From Minisyncoccota bacterium (lineage in GTDB: Bacteria > Patescibacteriota > Minisyncoccia > Phycocordibacterales > UBA9973), in NCBI GenBank assembly GCA_041665885.1, contig JBAYHY010000003.1:4529-68528 (forward strand): a stretch of 64,000 nt of DNA, read 5' to 3'. The position numbers and the translations under genes are program-made. Each line of letters begins with the position of its first letter. Positions within the stretch are counted from its first letter, which is position 1. Below the pieces are notes generated by a model, which was not told the DNA's origin, ran no database searches, and saw nothing but the letters and a program-made list of their open reading frames with translations. Of this stretch, positions 28,476 through 38,160 are shown piece by piece.

Positions 28476-29669
28476 ATGGCAGAAGAATTTAAGAGGGATA
28501 AGCCGCACATCAATGTCGGCACCATTGGTCACGTTGACCATGGAAAGACCACTTTGACCGCGGCAATTTTGCACGTGTTAAACATGGCAGGAAAGACAGT
28601 TCGTCTTCGAGGAGTTGATCAAATCGACAATGCCCCGGAAGAAAAAGCTCGTGGAATCACCATTAACATTTCTCACAACGAGTACGCTACTGACGCTCGT
28701 CACTATGCACACATTGATGCTCCAGGACACGCTGACTACATCAAGAACATGATCACCGGTGCCGCTCAAATGGACGGTGCTATTTTGGTGGTTGCGGCTA
28801 CTGATGGTGCGATGCCACAGACTCGCGAACACGTTCTTTTGGCAAAACAAGTTGGGGTGCCAAAGATGATTGTTTTCTTAAACAAGTGCGACATGGTTGA
28901 TGACAAAGACATGATTGACCTCGTGGAAGAAGAAATTCGTGAACTTCTAACCAAGCAAGGTTTTGATGGCGCAAATGCACCGGTGATTCGTGGTTCTGCC
29001 CTTAAGGCCCTCGAAGCAAAATCTCTTGATGATGAATGGGCAAAGAAAATTCTTGAATTGACCAACGCCCTCGACACTTACATTCCGGTTCCAGAACGTG
29101 ATACTACCAAACCATTCCTTATGCCAGTAGAAGACATCTTTTCTATCGAAGGCCGCGGGACAGTGGTTACCGGTAAAATCGAAAGAGGAGTAGTAAAGGT
29201 TGGAGAGGAAGTTGAAATTATCGGTATTAAACCAACTCAAAAGACAACAGTTACGGGTATCGAAATGTTTAACAAAAATCTTCAAGAAGGTATGGCCGGA
29301 GACAATGCCGGTATTCTTCTCCGAGGTTTAAAGAAGGAAGATATTACCCGTGGACAAGTTTTGGCAAAACCGGGAACCGTTACCCCGCACGACAATTTTA
29401 CTTGCGAAATCTACGTCTTGAAAAAAGAAGAAGGAGGACGACACACTCCATTCTTCAAGGGATATAAGCCTCAATTCTATATTCGAACTACGGACGTAAC
29501 AGGAGATGTTACTTTGGCGGACGGAGTAGAAATGGTTATGCCTGGTGATACCGTGAAGCTTACCGTTAAATTAGTCACTCCGGTTGCGCTTGAGGAATCA
29601 CAAAGATTCGCCGTTCGTGAAGGAGGAAAGACGGTCGGCGCAGGGGTAGTTACAAAAATTCTTGGTTAA
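28476..29669 (+). CDS. tuf: Elongation factor Tu
   Basis: [33 protein letters not shown]. Confidence 0.99.
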   Translation: MAEEFKRDKPHINVGTIGHVDHGKTTLTAAILHVLNMAGKTVRLRGVDQIDNAPEEKARGITINISHNEYATDARHYAHIDAPGHADYIKNMITGAAQMDGAILVVAATDGAMPQTREHVLLAKQVGVPKMIVFLNKCDMVDDKDMIDLVEEEIRELLTKQGFDGANAPVIRGSALKALEAKSLDDEWAKKILELTNALDTYIPVPERDTTKPFLMPVEDIFSIEGRGTVVTGKIERGVVKVGEEVEIIGIKPTQKTTVTGIEMFNKNLQEGMAGDNAGILLRGLKKEDITRGQVLAKPGTVTPHDNFTCEIYVLKKEEGGRHTPFFKGYKPQFYIRTTDVTGDVTLADGVEMVMPGDTVKLTVKLVTPVALEESQRFAVREGGKTVGAGVVTKILG

Positions 29670-29713
29670 ATAAGAACGGTTCCTGTTCTTAAAAAGTCCT
29701 TTAAAACAAATTC

Positions 29714-30127
29714 ATGGCAACAACAGAAACAAAAATAAAAAAACCAAAATCAAAAGTGGTTAAAACCACCAAGACTGCCAAAGCACCGAAGGTTTCTTCC
29801 AAAAAAGAAAAGACTGAAGGTGGAGTGGTGCTTCGCATCCGAGTTCGAGCTTACGAGAGCAAAATCTTAGATGCATCTATTAAACAGATTATGGATACCG
29901 CTACTCGTTATGATGCTGTGATTGTAGGTCCCGTACCGTTACCAACCGAAATAAAAAAATATACAGTCAATCGTTCTCCTTTTATTTACAAAAATACGCG
30001 AGAACAATTTGAAATAAGAGTGCACAAACGATTGATCGACATAATAAATCCAAACGCGAAGACCGTGGAGGCTCTGACGAACCTTTCCTTGCCTTCCGGA
30101 GTTGATATTGACGTAAAAATGATGTAA
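29714..30127 (+). CDS. rpsJ: 30S ribosomal protein S10 with Lys-rich N-terminal extension
   Basis: GPVPLPT, RSPF, REQFEIRVHKRLIDI. Confidence 0.97.
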   Translation: MATTETKIKKPKSKVVKTTKTAKAPKVSSKKEKTEGGVVLRIRVRAYESKILDASIKQIMDTATRYDAVIVGPVPLPTEIKKYTVNRSPFIYKNTREQFEIRVHKRLIDIINPNAKTVEALTNLSLPSGVDIDVKMM

Positions 30128-30131
30128 CTAT

Positions 30132-30746
30132 ATGAAATTTATACTGGGAACAAAAGAAAATATGGCTGAGTATTTTTCCGAAGACGGAACGGTTTTCCCG
30201 GTGACGATAATTTCCGTGCCAGGAATAACAGTTACCAGAATCTTTGAAAAAGTAAAAGACGGCTATGATTCTGTTCAAGTAGGTTTCGGTCCTCAGAAAA
30301 AGGAAAGAGTCAGCAAAGGAAGTGCCGGAGCGATGAAGGGCGCATTCTACAAAACCCTAAAAGAATTTAGATTAAAACCCAGTGATAAAATTGAAGCAAA
30401 AGAAGGAGATACGATTGAAGTGGGTGTCTTCGCGCCGGGAGATAAGATAATAGTATCAAGTGTTTCTAAGGGTAAAGGTTTCCAGGGGGTCGTAAAGCGA
30501 CATGGATTCTCTGGTGGCCCACGCACCCACGGACAAAAACATTCAGAAAGAGAGCCCGGAAGTATCGGTGGCGGTCTCCGAACCCACGTTCCAAAAGGGA
30601 TGCGCATGGCTGGACGTATGGGCTCTGATCGCATAACTCAGAAGAATTTGAAAGTTGTTTTTGTGGATAAAGAAAATAAATTGTTGCTTGTCGGAGGAGC
30701 GATAGCCGGGAAGCGTGGAACTTTAGTCGAAATAGTGCAGAGATAA
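30132..30746 (+). CDS. rplC: 50S ribosomal protein L3
   Basis: SKGKGFQGVVKRH, PGSIG, KGMRMAGRMG. Confidence 0.98.
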   Translation: MKFILGTKENMAEYFSEDGTVFPVTIISVPGITVTRIFEKVKDGYDSVQVGFGPQKKERVSKGSAGAMKGAFYKTLKEFRLKPSDKIEAKEGDTIEVGVFAPGDKIIVSSVSKGKGFQGVVKRHGFSGGPRTHGQKHSEREPGSIGGGLRTHVPKGMRMAGRMGSDRITQKNLKVVFVDKENKLLLVGGAIAGKRGTLVEIVQR

Positions 30747-30750
30747 TCAT

Positions 30751-31410
30751 ATGGAAGCAAAAATTTACAACCAAAAAGGAACGGACGCCGGAACAATTGC
30801 ATTGCCTGCAAAAGTTTTTGCTGCTAAATGGCGAGCAGATTTGGTACATCAGGTCGTGGAAGGGATGCGTAGCAACAAGCGTTCCGGTACGGCTGATACC
30901 AAAGATCGTGGGGAAGTGCGCGGTGGAGGGAAAAAGCCCTGGAAACAAAAAGGAACTGGACGAGCACGACATGGCTCCAGCAGGAGTCCTATTTGGGTTG
31001 GCGGTGGAGTCACCCATGGTCCATTATCTGAAAAGAACTATAAAAGAAAAATTTCAAAGAAAATGCGCGCTCAGGCTCTCTTCTCGGTACTTTCCAAAAA
31101 ATTGAAAGACGGGGAAATTCTTTTTGTGGATACTCTTGCCTTGTCCGATATCAAAACCAAGAACGCATTAAAAACAATGCAGAATTTAGCAAAAGTTTCC
31201 GGGTTTAAGCCCTTGGCAAATTCAAAAAAACCCAGAGTCTTGACTGCCTTATTTGAACGTAATGAAAAAGCAGAAAAAAGTTTCAGAAATTTGCCACAGC
31301 TAGAAATTGTTTTCCTGAAAAACTTAAACCCGCTCGACGTGCTCAATCACCAGTATCTTTTAATAGAAAATCCAGCCGAGGCAGTAAAATTTTTAGAATC
31401 AAGAGGATAA
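30751..31410 (+). CDS. rplD: 50S ribosomal protein L4
   Basis: KPWKQKGTGRARHGS. Confidence 0.98.
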   Translation: MEAKIYNQKGTDAGTIALPAKVFAAKWRADLVHQVVEGMRSNKRSGTADTKDRGEVRGGGKKPWKQKGTGRARHGSSRSPIWVGGGVTHGPLSEKNYKRKISKKMRAQALFSVLSKKLKDGEILFVDTLALSDIKTKNALKTMQNLAKVSGFKPLANSKKPRVLTALFERNEKAEKSFRNLPQLEIVFLKNLNPLDVLNHQYLLIENPAEAVKFLESRG

Positions 31411-31414
31411 TTTT

Positions 31415-31687
31415 ATGAGCTCACAAATAATAAAAAATCCAAGAATCACCGAAAAAGCATCTTTTCACGCAGAACAAAATGTTTACACTTTTGACGTTAC
31501 AAAACCCGCCAATAAAACAGAAATAAAAAAAGCGGTTTTTGCTCTCTATAAAGTGCATCCGACAAGGGTAAATATTTTAAATATTCCAAGGAAAAAGATT
31601 CTGTCCAAGGGGAAGACCGGAATCCGTGGCGGGGGGCGCAAGGCCTATGTTTATTTAAAAAAAGGAGATAAATTAGAATTTGTATAA
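31415..31687 (+). CDS. rplW: 50S ribosomal protein L23
   Basis: PRITEKA, ANKTEIKKAV, KAYVYL; operon position. Confidence 0.95.
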   Translation: MSSQIIKNPRITEKASFHAEQNVYTFDVTKPANKTEIKKAVFALYKVHPTRVNILNIPRKKILSKGKTGIRGGGRKAYVYLKKGDKLEFV

Positions 31688-31715
31688 TTTTCCGGTTAGG
31701 CGCAAATGAATTTTT

Positions 31716-32555
31716 ATGAAAACATATAAACCAACAACTAAATCAAGGAGACAAATGACCAACGTGAACTATCGCGGGATTTTGACTGCGACTAATCCAG
31801 AGAAATCTCTTACTCATGGATTCAAACGTTCGGTCGGGAGAAATAGTCAAGGGCGAGTTACCATGATGCACAAGGGTGGTGGGCACAAGCGCCTGTATCG
31901 TGAAGTTGATTTTTTATATAACAAAAAAGAAATTCCAGCTAAAATAAAATCTATTGAATATGATCCAAATCGTAGCGCTTTTATCGGTCTCGCCGTTTAT
32001 AAGGACGGAGAAAAAAGATATGTAATATTGCCGAAATCTGCAAAACCCGGAGATTCTTTTATCGTATCTCCCAATGCGTCACTTTCTTCTCTTAACAGAT
32101 TGCCTCTCAAAAATATTCCGGTTGGTACATTTGTTTACAATATTGAGTTGAAGCCAATGGGGGGTTCGAAGGTTGGACGTTCTGCGGGAATTTTCGCTCA
32201 AGTCGTGGCGAATGCCGATGGTTATACGAATGTGAAAATGCCTTCAACAGAAATTCGTAAAATAAATGAAAATTGCTGGGCTTGCGTGGGCACCGTTTCC
32301 AACGAAGAACATCATTTGGAAAACTATGGTAAGGCGGGGAGAAGTCGTTGGAAAGGTATAAAACCAAAAGTTCGTGGAACAGCGATGAATCCGGTAGATC
32401 ACCCATATGGAGGAGGAGAGGGCAGACAGGGACGAGGAACCAAAAGACCGAAGACTCGTTGGGGGAAAGTTACTGGAGGAAAGAAATCTCGCAGACCAAA
32501 GAAATACTCAAACGTTTTCATTGTTTCTCGCCGAAAAACAGGGAAAAACAAATAA
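31716..32555 (+). CDS. rplB: 50S ribosomal protein L2
   Basis: IEYDPNRSA, VRGTAMNPVDHPYGGGEG. Confidence 0.98.
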   Translation: MKTYKPTTKSRRQMTNVNYRGILTATNPEKSLTHGFKRSVGRNSQGRVTMMHKGGGHKRLYREVDFLYNKKEIPAKIKSIEYDPNRSAFIGLAVYKDGEKRYVILPKSAKPGDSFIVSPNASLSSLNRLPLKNIPVGTFVYNIELKPMGGSKVGRSAGIFAQVVANADGYTNVKMPSTEIRKINENCWACVGTVSNEEHHLENYGKAGRSRWKGIKPKVRGTAMNPVDHPYGGGEGRQGRGTKRPKTRWGKVTGGKKSRRPKKYSNVFIVSRRKTGKNK

Positions 32556-32666
32556 AAGCACAAAAATAGAAAAACCCAGGACTAAATCCTGGGTTTTTCT
32601 TTATCCACACTTCATGTTGATTTTTTTTACGATAATAGCATAATGTTTTCTAGAGGAGGACAGAAT

Positions 32667-32789
32667 ATGTACTCGAAACCGAAGAGAGAGAGAAGGCAGG
32701 ATCGCAACACTGAACTTCGTTGGGCCAAGAATGCTCGCAAGGACAGAAGGTCCAAAAAGTGGGCCCTCAAGAAGTGTAAGAAGCGCTAA
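32667..32789 (+). CDS. 40-aa very basic microprotein (MYSKPKRERRQDRNTELRWAKNARKDRRSKKWALKKCKKR)
   Basis: Below ORF-track cutoff; SD GAGGAGG 7 nt upstream, GC hairpin plus T-tract downstream (about 32810-32850). Confidence 0.65.
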   Translation: MYSKPKRERRQDRNTELRWAKNARKDRRSKKWALKKCKKR

Positions 32790-32902
32790 TATTCTGTTTG
32801 TACCATCGTGGCGTGTCCGGGTCCAATCCCCGGCGCGCCCTTTTGTTTTAATGCTTGCTTTATTTTTTTGATATGTTATAATATGTAAAGAAGGAGGAGC
32901 AA

Positions 32903-33085
32903 ATGAGCAAAAAGCAGAAGGATGGGGCCATCCAAGGTGGTCACGAAGAAGGTACCTGCCGGCAATGCTGCCGGGCCGAAAGGAGTAGGTCGTTGCCCGT
33001 CGGAACGTTTCCGTTGAAGCGATCCTTCGGGACCAAGTGCGGGGGAGACCCTTGCACCTGTCAGTATCTCGAGCGTCCGCAGTAA
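32903..33085 (+). CDS. 60-aa Cys-rich microprotein
   Basis: Promoter TGtTATAAT, SD AAGGAGGAG, CxxCC and CxxxxCxC, terminator at about 33111-33136. Confidence 0.65.
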   Translation: MSKKQKDGAIQGGHEEGTCRQCCRAERSRSLPVGTFPLKRSFGTKCGGDPCTCQYLERPQ

Positions 33086-33211
33086 AATTTCACTGCGGGC
33101 ACAAAACACAAGGGGTCCCTATGGGGCCCCTTTTTTCTTCCTATTTGACATTTAAACTGAATTTGCTATTATAAAACCAAGCTCGTTAGGAGCTTTTTGT
33201 TTGCATAAATT

Positions 33212-33565
33212 ATGACAAGATCAATCAAAAAAGGATTAAATGTTGATGAACGGCTCTTAAAAAAGATTGCCGGTAAAAACCCGTTGCAGACTCCGATGGT
33301 GAAGACGTGGAAAAGAGCTTGTGTTATTTCTCCGGAAATGCTCGGTTTCACTTTTGGCGTTTATAATGGTAAAACCCACCTCGAAGTTTTAGTTACTGAA
33401 GACATGGTTGGACACAGACTCGGAGAATTTTCCCCAACCAAGAAATTTATTAAACACGGAGGTAAGATGCAGAAAGAGCTTGAACAAAAGAAAAAGGAGG
33501 CCGAAATAACTCAAGCCAAGTCCGCAACAGCTGCTGCCGCTGACGCAAAAGGCGCGAAAAAATAA
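33212..33565 (+). CDS. rpsS: 30S ribosomal protein S19
   Basis: RSIKKG, KTWKR, MVGHRLGEFSPT. Confidence 0.97.
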   Translation: MTRSIKKGLNVDERLLKKIAGKNPLQTPMVKTWKRACVISPEMLGFTFGVYNGKTHLEVLVTEDMVGHRLGEFSPTKKFIKHGGKMQKELEQKKKEAEITQAKSATAAAADAKGAKK

Positions 33566-33592
33566 CTACGAGCTTAACGCCACAAAAATATT

Positions 33593-33991
33593 ATGAAGGC
33601 TTTTTTAAAAAATTACAGACAATCACCAAGAAAAGTTCGTCTAGTTGCCGGACTGATTAAAGGAAAAAGTGTAGCGGAAGCAATTGCCGAGCTTGATTTT
33701 TTGGCTAAGCGCGCAGGGCTACCAATCAAAAAACTTTTACTTTCAGCGGTAGCCAATGCGAAAAACATGGGGATAGAGGCGGAGAATTTATTTATAAAGG
33801 AATTGCGAGTGGACAAGGGCATTGTGATGAAAAGAATGATGCCGGCTGCGATGGGCACAGGGCACAGAATCAACAAACGCACCAGCCACTTGAATCTTCT
33901 TTTGGCGGAAAAGGTTGTAAAAAAAGTCGCAAAGACCCTAGGCCATAAACATACGGGCGAGGCAAAAGTAAAAAAAGTAGTAAAAAAATAA
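33593..33991 (+). CDS. rplV: 50S ribosomal protein L22
   Basis: RQSPRKVRLVA, SAVANA, KRTSH. Confidence 0.97.
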   Translation: MKAFLKNYRQSPRKVRLVAGLIKGKSVAEAIAELDFLAKRAGLPIKKLLLSAVANAKNMGIEAENLFIKELRVDKGIVMKRMMPAAMGTGHRINKRTSHLNLLLAEKVVKKVAKTLGHKHTGEAKVKKVVKK

Positions 33992-33992
33992 A

Positions 33993-34718
33993 ATGAGTAA
34001 AACAGTTCACCCATATGCGCATAGGTTGGTTATCCTCCGAGATTGGAAGTCTCGCTGGTTTGCTGATCCGAAAAAATATTTGACCTATTTGAAAGGCGAC
34101 GTTTTAATTCGCCAATATTTGGAAAAGAAATTACGTACGATGTATGTTTCTAGTATTGAAATAGAAAGAAGTCGCAAGGCTACTCGTTTCATTATTAAAA
34201 CTTCTCGTCCGGGCCTTGTCATCGGGAGGTCTGGAGAAGGGGCGACAAAACTGAAAGAAGATATTTTGAAAAAAATGGACAATTTGAAACTTCCAAGGCC
34301 GGAAGACTTTAAGTTGGAAATTATGGAAGTTTCAAACCCGGAGGCGGATGCCGCTATCGTGGCTTACATGATTGCTGAAGCATTAGAGAAAAGGATGCCT
34401 TATCGTCGAGTAATAAAACAAATTATTGAGAAGGTTATGCAGGCGCATGGAGTGGAGGGAGCAAGAATTGTCCTTTCTGGACGATTGGGCGGAGCGGAAA
34501 TCGCTCGTACGGAAGAGCTTAAGCGGGGAAGTATTCCGCTTCAGACTTTCCGCGCGGACGTAGATTTTAAAAGAGAGAGAGCAACTCTCTCATATGGGGT
34601 TGTCGGTATTAAGGTGTGGATTTACCGAGGGAAAATTTTTGCTGAAAAGAAAAACGCCAAGAGCGCTTATAGTACTGCTCCAGCAAATGAAAAGGAAAAT
34701 AATTTAAAGACCGATTAG
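33993..34718 (+). CDS. rpsC: 30S ribosomal protein S3
   Basis: RPGLVIGR, SGRLGGAEIAR, IPLQTFRADVD, GIKVWI. Confidence 0.98.
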   Translation: MSKTVHPYAHRLVILRDWKSRWFADPKKYLTYLKGDVLIRQYLEKKLRTMYVSSIEIERSRKATRFIIKTSRPGLVIGRSGEGATKLKEDILKKMDNLKLPRPEDFKLEIMEVSNPEADAAIVAYMIAEALEKRMPYRRVIKQIIEKVMQAHGVEGARIVLSGRLGGAEIARTEELKRGSIPLQTFRADVDFKRERATLSYGVVGIKVWIYRGKIFAEKKNAKSAYSTAPANEKENNLKTD

Positions 34719-34746
34719 TCAATCAATAAATTTATTATAAAATATT

Positions 34747-35172
34747 ATGTTAGTACCGAAAAAAGTAAAATTTAGAAAATGGCAGTCAGGACGCTCTAAT
34801 CTCAAGAAGCGAACAGCGGATACGCGTGGCATTAAGCTTTCTTTTGGTTCCTACGGACTAAAAGCCGAATCCCAGGCACGAGTGAAATCAAACCAAATTG
34901 AGGCTGCCAGAAAAGTAATTTCCCGTACCCTTACCAAGACTGGTAAATATTGGGTTCGTATTTTTCCGGATCGCCCCTATACAGCTAAAGCCGCAGAGGT
35001 AGGCATGGGAAAAGGAAAAGGAGACCCGCAAGGGTATTGTTTTGATGTTCTTCCTGGACGTATTATTTTTGAAGTAGACGGAGCCGATGAAAAAGTTTCT
35101 CATGAAGCCCTAAGAAAAGCTGGAAGTAAATTGCCACTCAAAACCAGAATTGTCGGAAGAGTAAACGAATAA
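34747..35172 (+). CDS. rplP: 50S ribosomal protein L16
   Basis: QIEAAR, RIFPD, MGKGKG. Confidence 0.98.
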   Translation: MLVPKKVKFRKWQSGRSNLKKRTADTRGIKLSFGSYGLKAESQARVKSNQIEAARKVISRTLTKTGKYWVRIFPDRPYTAKAAEVGMGKGKGDPQGYCFDVLPGRIIFEVDGADEKVSHEALRKAGSKLPLKTRIVGRVNE

Positions 35173-35181
35173 GATTATTTT

Positions 35182-35406
35182 ATGGCCAAAGCAAAGAAAC
35201 AAAATTATAAAGAAATGACCGGCGGAGAACTCGAAAAAGAATTGGTTGTTCTGCGAGAGAGCTTGCGGGGTATCCATTTCAAATCAGAGGGGGCGAGGTC
35301 AAAAAACGTCAAGGAACAAGCTACCCTAAAAAAGCAAGTTGCCAGGATTTTGACAGAAATAAATCATGCCAAAGGTCAGGTAAGCAAGAATATTAAAAAA
35401 CAATAA
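35182..35406 (+). CDS. rpmC: 50S ribosomal protein L29
   Basis: [10 protein letters not shown]; position between rplP and rpsQ. Confidence 0.9.
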   Translation: MAKAKKQNYKEMTGGELEKELVVLRESLRGIHFKSEGARSKNVKEQATLKKQVARILTEINHAKGQVSKNIKKQ

Positions 35407-35407
35407 T

Positions 35408-35674
35408 ATGGCAAAGAAAATACAAGAAAAGAATACAGAAAATAAAGGAAAATTTCTAAAAGGAGTGGTTGTTTCCGATAAGATGGACAAGACCATTGTT
35501 GTTTCTGTTTCCAGGTTTGTGAAGCACCCCCTTTACGGGAAATATTATCAAATCAACAAAAAATACAAAGCACATGACGAAGGGAATACTTATAAAGTTG
35601 GGGAAAAAGTAGAAATAGTGGAAACCAAGCCCATTTCTAAAGACAAAAAATTTAAAGTAGTAGAAAAACAATAA
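35408..35674 (+). CDS. rpsQ: 30S ribosomal protein S17
   Basis: [27 protein letters not shown]. Confidence 0.97.
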   Translation: MAKKIQEKNTENKGKFLKGVVVSDKMDKTIVVSVSRFVKHPLYGKYYQINKKYKAHDEGNTYKVGEKVEIVETKPISKDKKFKVVEKQ

Positions 35675-35683
35675 TTTAATTTT

Positions 35684-36055
35684 ATGATTCAAAATGAAAC
35701 CCTAGTAAAAATAACAGACAATGCCGGAGGCACCGTGGGAAAGGTGTTCAAAATTTTAGGCTCCTCAAAAAAGAGATATGCAACTCTCGGTGAACTTGTT
35801 ATTATTTCCGTGAAGGTTGCTTCTCCGAGAAAAATGGTGAAAAAGAAAGACGTGCATCAGGCCGTCGTCGTGCGTACTCGCGGGGCTTATAGGCGAAAAG
35901 ACGGTTCATATATTCGTTTTGATGATAATGCCGTGGTGCTTCTCGAAAAAGGGAAGAAGGATCCAAAAGCCGGACGTATCTTCGGACCGATTCCACGAGA
36001 GCTTGCGGAAAAAGGGTTTCAAAAGATAATTTCTTTGGCTCAAGAAGTGATTTAA
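35684..36055 (+). CDS. rplN: 50S ribosomal protein L14
   Basis: MIQ.ET, DGSYIRFDDNAVV, RIFGPI.REL. Confidence 0.98.
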   Translation: MIQNETLVKITDNAGGTVGKVFKILGSSKKRYATLGELVIISVKVASPRKMVKKKDVHQAVVVRTRGAYRRKDGSYIRFDDNAVVLLEKGKKDPKAGRIFGPIPRELAEKGFQKIISLAQEVI

Positions 36056-36073
36056 TCTTTTAATATAATAAAT

Positions 36074-36292
36074 ATGAAATTAAAAAAAGGAGACAATGTA
36101 AAAATAATTACTGGAAAGGACAAAGGGAAGTCCGGGAAAATAGTGCGTGCATTGCCGAAAATGAATAAAGTTATTGTCGAGGGGCTGAACATGGCAAAGA
36201 AACACCAGCGTCCAAGAAAGACGGGGGAGAAGGGCACAATGATGAGTGTCGCCATGCCGATCCACGTTTCCAATGTTAAAAAAGCAGATTAA
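36074..36292 (+). CDS. rplX: 50S ribosomal protein L24 (short form, 72 aa)
   Basis: KKGDNVKIITGKDKGK, VEGLN, PIHVSNV. Confidence 0.95.
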   Translation: MKLKKGDNVKIITGKDKGKSGKIVRALPKMNKVIVEGLNMAKKHQRPRKTGEKGTMMSVAMPIHVSNVKKAD

Positions 36293-36303
36293 CGATATAT
36301 TTT

Positions 36304-36852
36304 ATGAAACATTTAACCGTAAAAGAAAAAGAGATAGAGGCCTTTTCAAAAATGAAAGATGTTTTTCATTTTAAAAATGCGATGGCGGCCCCGAAGCTCA
36401 AAAAAGTAGTAATCAATGTCGGCACCGGTACTGCCATGAAGAAAGACAAGAATAAGAATGATGCTATTGCTGATAGAATTGCAAAAATCTCCGGACAAAG
36501 GGCAGCTCTCCGAGGCGCCAAGCAGTCTATTTCTTCTTTCAAAATCCGCCAAGGAGATCCTGTCGGAATAGTGGTTACCCTCCGTGGCAAGAGAATGTTT
36601 GCTTTCTTGGAAAAATTAATTAACGTAGCTCTTCCACGCACGAAGGACTTTCGTGGGATTAACCGCACTGCCGTGGATGATATCGGAAATTTAACTTTGG
36701 GCATCAAAGAACACACCATTTTCCCGGAAACAGCCGATGAAGATATTCGCGACGTTTTCGGTTTGTCCATCACCCTTGTTTCCACCGCCAAAAACAAAAA
36801 AGAAGGCACCGCCTTCTTTGAAATCCTCGGTATTCCTTTTAAAAAGGAATAA
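36304..36852 (+). CDS. rplE: 50S ribosomal protein L5
   Basis: FKIRQG, VTLRG, LPRTKDFRG, EHTIFPE. Confidence 0.98.
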   Translation: MKHLTVKEKEIEAFSKMKDVFHFKNAMAAPKLKKVVINVGTGTAMKKDKNKNDAIADRIAKISGQRAALRGAKQSISSFKIRQGDPVGIVVTLRGKRMFAFLEKLINVALPRTKDFRGINRTAVDDIGNLTLGIKEHTIFPETADEDIRDVFGLSITLVSTAKNKKEGTAFFEILGIPFKKE

Positions 36853-36861
36853 AACTATCTA

Positions 36862-36889
36862 TTGACTTTTTGTGTAAATATGCTATCAT
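36862..36889 (+). promoter_or_regulatory. Promoter of DGR target gene
   Basis: TTGACT 36862-36867, 16-bp spacer, TGcTATCAT. Confidence 0.7.
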
Positions 36890-36920
36890 TTTAAGATAGT
36901 TCTTTAAAATCACTTGCGAA

Positions 36921-36982
36921 AATGGTCATAGCCAAAAGGTGCTTAATTTTAGGCATTTCCTGGCTATGACCAACGATGGTCA
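36921..36982 (+). promoter_or_regulatory. Conserved structured 5' leader, copy 2
   Basis: 12-bp stem tggtcatagcca/tggctatgacca; 56/62 identical to 20398-20459. Confidence 0.8.
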
Positions 36983-37047
36983 AGTCCCCAACTCACGGGC
37001 AGTGAGAAACCTCTCGGCAGGAAGTCGAGAAGAAAGGCAAGGGCAAC

Positions 37048-37656
37048 ATGAAATACGGAGAATTGAATCTCGGTCAGATCGAAGCGGTTGTAAACAAACT
37101 CGGCGGCATGGAGGGAGTCAACCGATTCCTCCGAGATGAACTGATGGTTTCTGAACCAGCTCACCGTTTTCGTGTGGAGAATGGTGTCATCTACCTGTCC
37201 GTCACTTCCGACGGTACCACTGGCCCAGAGTGGACCAAGCGTCTCGAGAAGAAAGGGTATCGTCTCGGCGACTACGCCAAGCAGATCCTTTGCTCGAAGG
37301 ACTTCAAGCCCACCAAGGACGTCACCACCAAGATTGCTATCCTGAAAGGGACGCTCTTCTCGGACGAAGACCGCATCACAGAGAAGATTCGCACCGAAGC
37401 CGCCAAGCGGAACCTCACGAAACCGAACGCCGAAGTGGCTTGCCTCATCCGGGAGAACTTCTCGGACGAAGAGCTCGAAGCCATGGGTCTCATTTGGGTC
37501 GTCATCATGCACGAACCCATCAAGGATTCCGATGGCGACCCGCGTCTCCTCGACGCGGGCCGCGATGTCGAGGGCGGGTGGCTCGACGCCAATTACGACT
37601 ACCCTGTCAGCAGGTGGGCTCGTGACGATGGTTTCGCTTTCGTTTCGCAAGCGTAG
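37048..37656 (+). CDS. DGR target (hypervariable) protein, probable CLec-like C-terminal variable domain
   Basis: 3' end contains the VR; visibly GC-richer than flanking genes; no signal peptide or TM. Confidence 0.92.
   Translation: MKYGELNLGQIEAVVNKLGGMEGVNRFLRDELMVSEPAHRFRVENGVIYLSVTSDGTTGPEWTKRLEKKGYRLGDYAKQILCSKDFKPTKDVTTKIAILKGTLFSDEDRITEKIRTEAAKRNLTKPNAEVACLIRENFSDEELEAMGLIWVVIMHEPIKDSDGDPRLLDAGRDVEGGWLDANYDYPVSRWARDDGFAFVSQA
37527..37651 (+). repeat. DGR variable repeat (VR)
   Basis: 125 bp, ungapped match to 37989-38113 with 15 mismatches, all opposite TR adenines. Confidence 0.97.
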
Positions 37657-37707
37657 TACTCTAAACTGGGTCACTGTGGTCTTTTAGACACTTTGATCTT
37701 TGCATCC

Positions 37708-37732
37708 GGCCCCCGAACTTTGTTCGGGGGCC
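37708..37732 (+). other. Perfect 11-bp hairpin downstream of VR (DGR cis hairpin/cruciform and/or terminator)
   Basis: ggcccccgaac-ttt-gttcgggggcc. Confidence 0.8.
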
Positions 37733-37770
37733 ATTTTCATTTTGTCTTGAAGATTTGTTATACTGAAAAT

Positions 37771-38160
37771 GGTAATAGGTGAATATGTGGGAAATTACGG
37801 TTTCCCGCCACCGAATCCAGTATCCATGCGCCCGGAGTATCCGCGATTATAATTTCGGATAGAGTGGTGCATGCAGAAACTTCAAAAAAGAAGATACTTG
37901 GCACGAAATATTAGGGCATTACGATGCCGAATACGATACAGCTTTGAGAGAATTCAAGGAGCAGTGGCATGGATGATATTTCGTGCATTTCCGATGGCAA
38001 CCCGAATCTCCTCAACGCGAACCGCAATGACGAGGGCAGGTGGCTCAACGCCAATTACGACAACCCTGACAACAGGTGGAATCGTGACGATGGTTTCGCT
38101 TTCGTTTCGCAAGTTTTTTCATTTCTCTCTCGCTTTTACGGCGGGAGAGTTTTGTTTTTG
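37771..38160 (+). ncRNA. Predicted DGR template RNA transcript (structured 5' domain, TR, terminal hairpin)
   Basis: TGtTATACT at 37756-37764, multiple nested helices in 37778-37986, hairpin 38125-38149 plus T-tract. Confidence 0.65.
37989..38113 (+). repeat. DGR template repeat (TR)
   Basis: Ten AAY codons in the VR reading frame, 32 adenines, adenine-specific differences from VR. Confidence 0.97.

Noticed and set aside
36964-37674. Long alternative ORFs over the DGR target (36964-37674 minus, 37230-37625 plus)
   Set aside because: Shadow frames expected in GC-rich sequence; the 37048 frame has the paralog and the codon-aligned VR.
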